Assembly: GCA_964460215.1 (NCBI GenBank)
Contig: CAYWQM010000007.1
Location: 11,221-75,220, forward strand
Reading direction: 5' to 3'
From: an uncultured Lentisphaerales bacterium
GTDB lineage: Bacteria > Verrucomicrobiota > Lentisphaeria > JABSQK01 > CAJWLW01
Length of the DNA: 64,000 nt
In this document: positions 10,401 to 18,203 of the stretch, in pieces
How the letters are laid out: every line of letters starts with the position of its first letter
Position numbering within the stretch: the stretch's first letter is position 1
The notes under the pieces: generated by a model
The model's database searches: none
Told to the model about the DNA's origin: nothing
The model's input: only the letters and a program-made list of their open reading frames with translations
Made by a program: the position numbers and the translations under genes

Positions 10401-13001
10401 GACATAAAGATCCCCCGCGAGACCTTCACAGTGATCACCGGTATCAGTGGCAGCGGTAAGAGCACGGTCGCCTTCGACATTCTTTTCGGTGAAGGACAAC
10501 GGCGTTATCTCGAATCGATCAACGCCTATGCCCGGCAGTTCGTGCAGCCGGCGTCGCGGCCGGACGTCGATTCGATTTCCGGTATTCCGCCGACCGTGGC
10601 CATCGAGCAACGGACCAGCCGCGGCGGTATCAAGAGTACCGTCGCAACCGTCACCGAGATCTACCATTTTCTCCGGCTGCTCTTCGTCAAGCTCGGTGTG
10701 CAACACTGCCCGGATTGTGATGTTGCTATCGAACCGCAGTCACCCGACGTCGTGCGGGCGCGGATCATGAAAGGGTTTGCCGGGCGCAGGATCCTGGTAC
10801 TGGCACCTTTGGTCGTGGCGCGCAAGGGGTACTACACCGATCTCGCCGAATGGGCCGGCGGCAAAGGCTACGAACACCTCCGAGTCAACGGCGAGATGAT
10901 GCCGACCGCAGAGTGGCCCCGGCTCGACCGGTACAAGGAACACGACATTGAGCTGCCGGTGGGCGAATGCCAGGTCGAAGCGCGCAGGGAGAAGGACCTG
11001 CAGGCGTTGCTGACGACCGCCCTGGCAGTGGGCAAAGGCATTGTCTATGTCGTCGCAGTGCCGAAAACTCGCAACAAACGACGCGCTGCACCAAAGATAT
11101 TCTCGACCGTCCACGCATGTCCCCAGTGTGGCCGTAGTTTCGACCATCTCGATCCGCGACTGTTTTCCTACAATTCACGACATGGCTGGTGCAACTCATG
11201 CTTCGGCACCGGCATGGCGTTGTCCGGTTTCGACGAGGACCTCACCGGTGAAGCACGCGAATGGCGTAGCCATCGCGCCGGCGAACACGCCGCTGTTTGC
11301 GGGGCGTGCGACGGCCGACGACTGCGACCTGAAGCCTTGGCCGTGCGCTTCGACGGTCAAACCATTGACTGGTTCACGGGTATGTCCGTCGGCGAGGCGG
11401 CGGACGGCTTCAATGACCTGACCCTCAAGAACCGTGACGCCGTAATCGCCCGTGACGTTCTGGACGACCTGCGTTCGCGCCTCGCCTTTCTCGTGCACGT
11501 CGGCCTCCCATACCTTTCCCTTGACCGTGCCGCTCCGACGCTGAGCGGCGGAGAAGCGCAACGTATCCGCCTGGCGGCGCAGCTTGGATCGAACCTGCGC
11601 GGCGTCTGCTATATCCTTGACGAACCGACCATCGGCCTCCACTCCCGCGACAACATGATGCTGCTCGATACACTGCACGAGTTGAAGAAGAAGGGCAACA
11701 CAGTCGTTGTCGTCGAGCACGATGAAGACACCATCCGGCGCGCCAATCACATCATCGACATCGGTCCTGGCGCCGGGATCAACGGTGGCGAGGTCGTTGC
11801 TGTCGGCACCGTCGGACAACTCAAACGCAATAAGAAATCCGTCACCGGTCATTTCCTGCGAAAGCCGCTTCAGCATCCTCTGGTTGTCAACGATCGCCGA
11901 CATGCCTCGATCGCCAGGGGCGACTGTCTGCAGGTCAAGCGCGCCTCGCTGCACAATTTAAAAAACATCAACATCCGCATCCCGCTGGGACGGTTGATCT
12001 GCGTCACCGGTGTCAGTGGCAGCGGCAAGAGTACGCTGGTGCGGCACGTGTTGCAGAGCAATCTGCACGGCATCGTGCAGCAACGCGGTAAAGGTCGGAG
12101 AAAGAAGGCGAAAAAAAACGATCTGATCGGCTGCGCCGGTATCGAGGGCGCCGACAGCATCGGCCGTGTGCTCGAAGTCGACCAGACACCTATCGGCAAA
12201 ACGCCACGCTCGTGCCCTGCGACCTATGTCGGTATCTGGGACCGCATCCGCCGCCTGTTCGCGGAAACGCCGGACGCCCGCATGCGTGGCTACACCAACA
12301 GCCGCTTCTCCTTCAACGTCGCCGAGGGACGCTGTCCCGACTGTGCAGGACAGGGCATGCAGCGGATCGAGATGAGTTTCCTACCGAATGTTACGGTGTC
12401 CTGTGACACCTGCAGCGGCAATCGCTTCACGACCGAGACGTTGAGCATCCGGTTCAAGGACAGGACGGTTGCGGAAGTTCTGAACATGAGCATCGACGAA
12501 GCCGTCGAGTTTTTCTCTGCACACCGCAATGTGCATCACGCCCTGCAATTGTTGCAGGATGTTGGCCTGGGGTACCTGAAACTGGGTCAACAGAGCCCGA
12601 CGCTCAGTGGCGGCGAGGCGCAACGCATCAAACTGGTCACGGAGCTGGCGAAGGCCGGCAGGCGGACTGCCGGACACACGCTGTATATCCTGGACGAGCC
12701 AACGATCGGCCTGCACATGGCCGACGTTGAGAAGTTGATACACGTCCTGCATCGTCTGGTGGATTCAGGAAACACAGTTGTCCTGGTCGAGCACAACCTC
12801 GACATTATCGCCGAGGCCGATTGGCTGATCGACCTGGGCCCTGAAGGTGGCAACGACGGCGGTGAAATCGTTGCCCAGGGATCGCCGGAGAAGGTGGCCG
12901 AAAAGACCGAACGCTCGCACACCGCCGAGTTCCTGGCACCGTTTCTGGCATCGAGAGGCAGGCTTGGGAACTCCATACTTTCAGCCGAAGGTGGGCAATA
13001 A
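7458..13001 (+). CDS. UvrA-family protein, tandem-duplicated, with four ABC ATPase modules (1847 aa).
   Basis: There are four Walker A sites: GVSGSGKSS near 7555, GVSGSGKST near 9355, GISGSGKST near 10445 and GVSGSGKST near 12010. There are four ABC signatures, LSGGE(V/A)QR. Zinc-finger Cys pairs and the HNLKN motif recur in each half. Two complete UvrA-like units join near nt 10340. The second unit has a UvrB-binding-domain-like LVLAPLVVARKGYY segment. Confidence 0.85.
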   Translation: MPPKHILVEGARQNNLKNLNLRLPLNELTVVTGVSGSGKSSLAFDTIYSEGQRRYVETFSPYARQFLERMDKPQVDRVEGIPPAIAIDQTNPVRTSRSTVGTMTELNDHLKLLFSRAAKLYCSSCGAGVRRDTPEGISGAIVDIADGNKDIVYSVITFPVTVPDNFTEAEILEILERQGYTRVWKKKGSRLDVVQDRIKLGKKSRSRVVEAVETALARGQGHATAWLLSETRKAIETRRFSADLHCAECDIHYRDATPNCFSFNSPAGACETCRGFGRVIGVDFNLVISDESRTLAGGAVKVFQSKSYMQCQDDLLRFAEMYGISVDTPWRELSDADRQWVLEGEGSASDGVRYGVRSFFAWLETKAYKMHIRVLLSRYRAYHKCNDCKGARITPEPLLWRLGDDVIRGELPGLNVHELMLLPIERCNRYFEDFDLGKSHDEATTMLLDEIRVRLRYLVDVGLGYLTLDRQSRTLSGGEVQRINLTTALGTSLVNALFVLDEPSIGLHPRDVQRLIRVLHRLRDAGNTLLVVEHDADVIRAADRVLDMGPGPGEHGGDIVFFGTRNDLLASNDSLTAGYLRHERKVSDPATNEIRRDDKKTPCIEILGAAEHNLKNIDVALPLNRLVCITGVSGSGKSTLLQDVCYNALRKIKGKPVDTPGAYQEIIGHELIDDVVLVDQSPIGKTARSNPASYVGALDAIRKLFALTPLARERKYTPGAFSFNSGTGRCPTCSGNGFEHIEMQFLSDVYLRCVDCDGKRYRDEILEVMLTGTNGQVAGKSISDVLGMTVSEACDYFAGHPNVLRGLSPLNAVGLGYVKLGQPVPTLSGGEAQRLKLAGHLAETTGRKKRTRGNLLLFDAPTPGLHFDDVATLLTALRTLLDNGHSVVLIEHHLDVIQAADWVIDLGPEGGGGGGELICAGPPKEVAACDRSHTGKALLQAYYDSKPTGHLPLGEAPVPYVVKKNDHICINNAREHNLKNIDIKIPRETFTVITGISGSGKSTVAFDILFGEGQRRYLESINAYARQFVQPASRPDVDSISGIPPTVAIEQRTSRGGIKSTVATVTEIYHFLRLLFVKLGVQHCPDCDVAIEPQSPDVVRARIMKGFAGRRILVLAPLVVARKGYYTDLAEWAGGKGYEHLRVNGEMMPTAEWPRLDRYKEHDIELPVGECQVEARREKDLQALLTTALAVGKGIVYVVAVPKTRNKRRAAPKIFSTVHACPQCGRSFDHLDPRLFSYNSRHGWCNSCFGTGMALSGFDEDLTGEAREWRSHRAGEHAAVCGACDGRRLRPEALAVRFDGQTIDWFTGMSVGEAADGFNDLTLKNRDAVIARDVLDDLRSRLAFLVHVGLPYLSLDRAAPTLSGGEAQRIRLAAQLGSNLRGVCYILDEPTIGLHSRDNMMLLDTLHELKKKGNTVVVVEHDEDTIRRANHIIDIGPGAGINGGEVVAVGTVGQLKRNKKSVTGHFLRKPLQHPLVVNDRRHASIARGDCLQVKRASLHNLKNINIRIPLGRLICVTGVSGSGKSTLVRHVLQSNLHGIVQQRGKGRRKKAKKNDLIGCAGIEGADSIGRVLEVDQTPIGKTPRSCPATYVGIWDRIRRLFAETPDARMRGYTNSRFSFNVAEGRCPDCAGQGMQRIEMSFLPNVTVSCDTCSGNRFTTETLSIRFKDRTVAEVLNMSIDEAVEFFSAHRNVHHALQLLQDVGLGYLKLGQQSPTLSGGEAQRIKLVTELAKAGRRTAGHTLYILDEPTIGLHMADVEKLIHVLHRLVDSGNTVVLVEHNLDIIAEADWLIDLGPEGGNDGGEIVAQGSPEKVAEKTERSHTAEFLAPFLASRGRLGNSILSAEGGQ

Positions 13002-13144
13002 TCGAAATAGCTAGCGGGTCGCTTCATTCGGAATATGCGTGAATAAGGCAGTAGGTGTATAATGGCCGACGACGATCGCAAGACCACCGAGCAAAGTCCC
13101 GCACTACTCGAAATCCGACTGTCGCGGCAATAGGTTAACGTGCG

Positions 13145-13873
13145 ATGGCACACGTTGACAAATCATGGGACCACCAGCAGCTGCGGGCTGCATCGTTAGA
13201 CCCCGGGGAAGCCCATGTGTGGTATGTCGACACCGACACGGCCGAATGGCCGGTAGAGGACCTGGCGGCACTGCTGTCGCAGAACGAGACCACACGGGTT
13301 GACCGCTTCAAATTCGATCATCTGAAGCGGCGTTACACGATTTCGCATGGTGTTCTGCGGCAACTGCTAAGTCGATATACGGATACAGCGCCGAATCAGC
13401 TACAGTTTGTACACAATCAAAATGACAAGCCGTCGCTGGCCTGTGGTTCGGTACAATTCAACATCTCCCATTCCCGCCACGAGACATTGCTGGCATTCAC
13501 TGCAACGCAGACGATCGGCGTCGACCTGGAGATTATCAGAGAGAACGTGTCCTGTCTCGATATTGCCCGGCGTTTTTTCTCCGCCGCCGAGGTTGGCGTG
13601 TTGACCGCGACACCCGAAGCCGAACAGCGCTCGACTTTTTTTCGCTGCTGGACGCGCAAGGAAGCCTACGTCAAGGCCAGGGGTGACGGCATTGCTGCGT
13701 CAGCGAGCACATTCACTGTTTCCCTCGAACCGGATCGACCGTCATTGATCGACGGCATAGATGACGACATCGATTGGACGCTTACCAATCTGCCGGAGAT
13801 CGAATCGTTCAAGTCGGCGCTGTGTGTCCGCGGCAGCGTCGATCGTGTTCGCTGCTTTGCGCTATTGCCGTGA
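13145..13873 (+). CDS. 4'-phosphopantetheinyl transferase, Sfp type.
   Basis: PPTase motifs are present: GVDLE and W-TRKEAYVKARG, plus an N-terminal HVWYVD segment. Confidence 0.8.
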   Translation: MAHVDKSWDHQQLRAASLDPGEAHVWYVDTDTAEWPVEDLAALLSQNETTRVDRFKFDHLKRRYTISHGVLRQLLSRYTDTAPNQLQFVHNQNDKPSLACGSVQFNISHSRHETLLAFTATQTIGVDLEIIRENVSCLDIARRFFSAAEVGVLTATPEAEQRSTFFRCWTRKEAYVKARGDGIAASASTFTVSLEPDRPSLIDGIDDDIDWTLTNLPEIESFKSALCVRGSVDRVRCFALLP

Positions 13874-13886
13874 CGACCTGGAGAAG

Positions 13887-14855
13887 ATGCGAATGAAACT
13901 CAGTGTCATTGTCCCGACGCACAATCGCCCGCAGTCCCTGGGCCGGACTTTGGCGGCGTTGTCGGCACAAACGATCGACCGTGACGCTTTCGAAGTCATC
14001 GTGGTGGATGACGGATCAACGATGGAAAATCGGGCAGCCGGCGAGGCGATCACCGCAGAACACGGGTTTACCTGTATTGCCCAACAACAAGCCGGTCTTG
14101 CCGCGGCGCGGAACGCAGGGGCCGAGCGCGCGACTGGGCGTGTCCTTTATTTCCTCGACGACGATGTCGTACCGCAACAGGACGCACTCGACGAACTGCT
14201 GCAGTGGCATGAGCGCACCGACAAGCCGGTCGCGGTGCTCGGTTCCCTGCCCTTTCCAGAAGAGATTCTCAGGAACCCGTTCATTTGGTACCTGGACCAC
14301 TGCTGCCACTACGAACCATTTCGCCATCCGGAGAAGTATCCCGGCAGCAAGCCGCTGCCGCCAATGAACGGAAATTCCTCGATCGACCGTGAAACTTTTT
14401 TCGAGCTTGGTAAGTACGACGAGCAGTTCCGCCAGTACGGTGCGGAGGACAACGAGCTGGGCATCCGGGTGATGGAGGCGGGCATCGAGGCGCTGTACAA
14501 CGAAAGGGTCGTCGGTCATCACTATCATCTTAAAGGCTTCGAGGACTACTGCGGGGACCAGGAGAAGGCGGGCGAGTCGATCATTCGGCTGTATCGCAAG
14601 TATCCGGTGATTAAAGACCACAAGAATATCGACGTGATGATCGCACCGTTCAGCGAGTTGCCGTTGCGCAAGAAGATACGCCGACTGATTATGCGGGCAA
14701 CGCTGGCGCTGCCGGCAGTACTGTGGGCGCCGCGCTGTTTCATCCAACTGTTCGGGCACTGCTACGGCATGCGGCGGCTGCTGGCGCCGGCTTACCTCTG
14801 GGTTTCACACTATCACTATGCCGTGGGCATGCAGCGCGGGCTGAAACAGACATGA
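13887..14855 (+). CDS. Glycosyltransferase family 2.
   Basis: It has the GT-A fold motifs LSVIVPTHNRP and VIVVDDGS, and a DxD (DDD). I chose the Met at 13887 (MRMKLSVIV), immediately after the PPTase stop. The ORF-track start at 13761 overlaps the PPTase. Confidence 0.8.
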   Translation: MRMKLSVIVPTHNRPQSLGRTLAALSAQTIDRDAFEVIVVDDGSTMENRAAGEAITAEHGFTCIAQQQAGLAAARNAGAERATGRVLYFLDDDVVPQQDALDELLQWHERTDKPVAVLGSLPFPEEILRNPFIWYLDHCCHYEPFRHPEKYPGSKPLPPMNGNSSIDRETFFELGKYDEQFRQYGAEDNELGIRVMEAGIEALYNERVVGHHYHLKGFEDYCGDQEKAGESIIRLYRKYPVIKDHKNIDVMIAPFSELPLRKKIRRLIMRATLALPAVLWAPRCFIQLFGHCYGMRRLLAPAYLWVSHYHYAVGMQRGLKQT

Positions 14856-15607
14856 GACAGCCGCCCATCCTGATGTATCACTGGTTCCGGCGTAGCAGCG
14901 AACTGTCACAGAGCCGTTCGCCGCAGTTCGAAATCACACCCGAGCTTTTCGAGCGGCAAATGACGTGCCTGCGCCAGCGCGGCTACGAATCTGTTTCCCT
15001 GTCGGAGATGTTTGGCGGCAAGGCACTGCCGCAGAAACCAATTGTCATCACGTTCGACGACGGCACGCTGGATTTCTGGGAGTTCGGTCGACCGATCCTG
15101 CAAGCCTGCGGATTCACTGCGACACTGTTCGTGGTAACACAATATGTGGGGACCGAAAGCAGTTGGGAAGCGGATGTCGGCGAACCGGCCCGACCGCTGA
15201 TGGACTGGGACCAGCTCCGCGCACTGGCGGCGGCGGGCTATGAGATCGGCTCGCACACGCATACCCATCGAGAGTTGCCTCGACTTACCGACGATGAGGT
15301 TGCCGATGAACTACGTGAGTCACAAGCAATCCTCGAAGCAGAACTGGGCGCGCCGCCGGCATGGCTGGCTTACCCACGCGGCCGCTATAGCTCATCCCAC
15401 AAAGCAGCAGCAGCAACGGCCGGTTACCATGGTGCCTGCGCCATAGCTCTGAGATACCGCGACCTGGGTTACGGTGATCGATTCGAACTCAAACGGATGA
15501 CCATCAAGGGTACAGAATCGATGACCCGATTTCGCCTCCGCCTGCTGGCGGCACACTTTGTGCGCTATAACGATTCAGGCGACCACTGTTTACAATCAAC
15601 CGACTGA
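14852..15607 (+). CDS. Polysaccharide deacetylase, carbohydrate esterase family 4 (NodB homology).
   Basis: It has ITFDDG, the histidine motif GSHTHTH and LAYPRG. The start at 14852 (MRQPPILMYHW) overlaps the upstream stop as ATGA. Confidence 0.8.
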   Translation: MRQPPILMYHWFRRSSELSQSRSPQFEITPELFERQMTCLRQRGYESVSLSEMFGGKALPQKPIVITFDDGTLDFWEFGRPILQACGFTATLFVVTQYVGTESSWEADVGEPARPLMDWDQLRALAAAGYEIGSHTHTHRELPRLTDDEVADELRESQAILEAELGAPPAWLAYPRGRYSSSHKAAAATAGYHGACAIALRYRDLGYGDRFELKRMTIKGTESMTRFRLRLLAAHFVRYNDSGDHCLQSTD

Positions 15608-15616
15608 CGTTTACCT

Positions 15617-16669
15617 TTGCTACGCTTACAGTTACGTATAGCGCCACGGGGTGTGACTGACATGGCCGAAAGCGAACAAACAGGCGACAACATGCAGACG
15701 GACGCGCGCCGGGTGATCTCCTTTGTGCTGCCGGTGTACAACGAAGAAGGAAACTTGCCGGAATTGTATGAGAAAATCACCGCAGCCGTAACCGGGTTGT
15801 CAGACGATTACGAACTGCTGTTTGTCGACGACGGCAGCACCGACGGGTCGCTGCAGACACTCAAGACGCTACAGGCCGACGACAAGCGCATTTCAATTAT
15901 CCAACTGCGCCGAAACTTCGGCAAGGCTGCCGCATATAACGCCGGATTCGAGCACACAAACGGCGATATCGTGATCACGATGGATACCGACCTGCAGGAC
16001 GATCCGGATGAGATCCCCCTGTTCATCGAGCAGATCGACCGCGGTTTCGACATGGTCTGCGGCTGGAAACACAAGGGCAAGGGCTCGATGGACAAGACCC
16101 TGCCATCGAGATTATTCAATCGTGTGGTCCGCTTGTTCACAGGTATTTCGCTGCACGATTTCAACTGCCCGTTCAAGGCCTATCGCCGCGAGGTACTGGA
16201 TGAAATCGACGTGTACGGCGAGCTGCATCGCTACATACCGGTGCTGGCAGTATCACGCGGCTTCACAGTCACCGAGATAAAAATAAAGAATATGCCGCGC
16301 ACCTCCGGCGAGTCGAAGTACGGCTTTGAACGGTATATGCGCGGCATGCTCGATCTGCTGACGGTGCTGTTCATCACGCGATTCGCGAAACGCCCGCTGC
16401 ATTTTCTGGGCCTCGCCGGTCTGATTTTCTGCTCGACAGGCTTTGGCATCCTGTCGTTCCTGCTCGGTGCGCACGTGCTCTACAATTTCGATATTCTCTC
16501 CGACCCCAGCTGGGACATTCACAACCGCCCGCTGCTGACTCTTGGACTGTTGTTGCTGATTATGGGTGCACAGTTTTTCTCGATCGGCCTGCTGGCTGAG
16601 CTGCTGATCACCACGAACGCATCCAGCGGCAACGGGAATACCGTCAAGAAGATCAGGAAGAGCTCCTGA
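15617..16669 (+). CDS. GT2 polyprenyl-phosphate sugar transferase (DPM1/ArnC/GtrB-like) with C-terminal transmembrane helices. The real start may be the Met at 15662 or 15692.
   Basis: It has SFVLPVYNEEGNL, LLFVDDGSTDGS and the DTDLQDDPDE (DxD) motif. Two C-terminal hydrophobic helices are typical of GtrB/ArnC. Confidence 0.8.
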   Translation: MLRLQLRIAPRGVTDMAESEQTGDNMQTDARRVISFVLPVYNEEGNLPELYEKITAAVTGLSDDYELLFVDDGSTDGSLQTLKTLQADDKRISIIQLRRNFGKAAAYNAGFEHTNGDIVITMDTDLQDDPDEIPLFIEQIDRGFDMVCGWKHKGKGSMDKTLPSRLFNRVVRLFTGISLHDFNCPFKAYRREVLDEIDVYGELHRYIPVLAVSRGFTVTEIKIKNMPRTSGESKYGFERYMRGMLDLLTVLFITRFAKRPLHFLGLAGLIFCSTGFGILSFLLGAHVLYNFDILSDPSWDIHNRPLLTLGLLLLIMGAQFFSIGLLAELLITTNASSGNGNTVKKIRKSS

Positions 16670-17829
16670 TGCCAGCTCCCACGCGCCCCCTGCGAATTGC
16701 CGACATCGGGCTAACCCATCCATTCCGCGGCGGCATTGCACATTACACCACCGTGCTATGCCGGGCCCTGGAAGCCAAGCATACGACCCAGCTGTTTGCC
16801 CTCAAGAGACAGTATCCCGGGATGCTGTTTCCGGGGTCGACGCAACTGGACAACTCCGATCATCCGATCGAAATAGATCACCAACCCTGCCTCGATTCAC
16901 TCAATCCTTTTTCGTGGTTTGGAACGTATCGCCGCATCCGGGACTTCCAGCCGGACCTGCTGTTGATCTCATGGTGGCATCCGTTTTTGGCACCGGCTTT
17001 TGGCAGCGTCGCCCGGCTGTGCCAACGATTCGCCCGCATCCCCGTTTGTTTTCTGTGTCATAACGCACTGCCACACGAACGATCGTGGGTCGACAACATG
17101 CTGCTGCGTTACGCCTACAACGCTGCTGCCGCATTCATCGCCCATTCTCAGGAAGACGCCGACAACCTGCAGCTCTTCCGTCCGGACGCCGATGTTCGGA
17201 AGAACCCCCATCCGGCATATGACGAATTCGGTGCCGAAACCGCTCCGACGCAGGCCGCAGCCCGCGAGGAACTGGGCCTGACAGGTAAGCGCGTCCTGCT
17301 CTTCTTCGGTTTTATCAGACCCTACAAGGGGTTGCAGTACCTGCTTGAAGCCATCGAGAAACTCCCGGCGACGGATGCTTATCACTTACTGGTCGTTGGT
17401 GAATTCTACGAGCCACCGTCCGATTATCCGGCTCTCGCGGGACTGCTATCGGAAAATCGGCTGACACTGGTCGACCGTTATGTCGCCAACGAGGAGGTAC
17501 CGAAATATTTCTCGGCGGCCGATCTTCTGGTGGCCCCCTATGTGACGGCAACCCAGAGCGGGGTGATCCAGATAGCGTACAGCTTCGATGTTCCGGTGAT
17601 CGCCACGCGTGTCGGCGGGTTGCCGGAAGTTGTCGACGATGGAGCCACGGGCTTTCTGGTATCGCCACGAAGCAGTGATGCACTGGTGACCGCGATTCAG
17701 GACTATTACGCGGCAGACCCGGCAACGTTCCTTCGCGGTATCGGGACAGCCCGCCATTTGTACTCGTGGGATCGCATGGTATCAACCATCGAGGAAGTTG
17801 CCGAAGCAGCTCAGAGTCCATCGCCGTAG
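16669..17829 (+). CDS. Glycosyltransferase family 4 (GT-B fold).
   Basis: It carries the C-terminal GT4 signature (EVVDDGATGFLV) and the GT-B fold architecture. Its ATG overlaps the upstream TGA. Confidence 0.8.
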   Translation: MPAPTRPLRIADIGLTHPFRGGIAHYTTVLCRALEAKHTTQLFALKRQYPGMLFPGSTQLDNSDHPIEIDHQPCLDSLNPFSWFGTYRRIRDFQPDLLLISWWHPFLAPAFGSVARLCQRFARIPVCFLCHNALPHERSWVDNMLLRYAYNAAAAFIAHSQEDADNLQLFRPDADVRKNPHPAYDEFGAETAPTQAAAREELGLTGKRVLLFFGFIRPYKGLQYLLEAIEKLPATDAYHLLVVGEFYEPPSDYPALAGLLSENRLTLVDRYVANEEVPKYFSAADLLVAPYVTATQSGVIQIAYSFDVPVIATRVGGLPEVVDDGATGFLVSPRSSDALVTAIQDYYAADPATFLRGIGTARHLYSWDRMVSTIEEVAEAAQSPSP

Positions 17830-18061
17830 CCCGTCCAAGTGGGATATTAAGCTGCTCTTGATGCCCGGATCTTTCGAGTGAACGCAGGATCGCGCGCGGC
17901 ATCGGGAACGTCCGCAACGCTCTGTCGAAACTGTTTGCCGAGATCGCGATAATCGGGAAAAAACAGTATCCTGAACGAACAAAAGCCGGCCTTGACACCG
18001 AATAACAGGTCGTCGCAGCGAACTCTGTTGCCTTTCGCCTGATCAAACAACCGGTGCTGCC

Positions 18062-18090
18062 TTGAAGGTTAGTGGCTTTTACCGTATAAT
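18062..18090 (+). promoter_or_regulatory. Sigma70-like promoter upstream of the FGE-like protein gene.
   Basis: TTGAAG, a 17-nt spacer, then TATAAT. It lies about 114 nt upstream of the start codon at 18204. Confidence 0.5.
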
Positions 18091-18203
18091 ATGATGTTTC
18101 GTTTCGTCACTTCACTTTTCGAGCCCCTGAGAAATGTGCCTAAGTGTCCGGCAGTCTGGAACTGCCACAGTTCCCGGTTCACAAGTGATCACTGGAACCG
18201 TCT

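Noticed and set aside
7785-12752. Multiple antisense or out-of-frame ORFs inside the uvrA-like gene: 7785-8777 (-), 9879-10706 (-) and 11196-11954 (-).
   Set aside because: They sit inside a continuous gene with repeated, conserved ABC motifs and have no motifs of their own.
13761-13886. The N-terminal extension of the GT2 gene, from the ORF-track start at 13761.
   Set aside because: It overlaps the PPTase gene in another frame. The conserved GT2 N-terminus begins right after the Met at 13887, so the extension is probably not translated.
17315-18046. A 243-aa minus-strand ORF spanning the 3' end of the GT4 gene and the intergenic region.
   Set aside because: It is Arg/Pro-rich with no motifs. 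It overlaps a supported gene and a promoter region.
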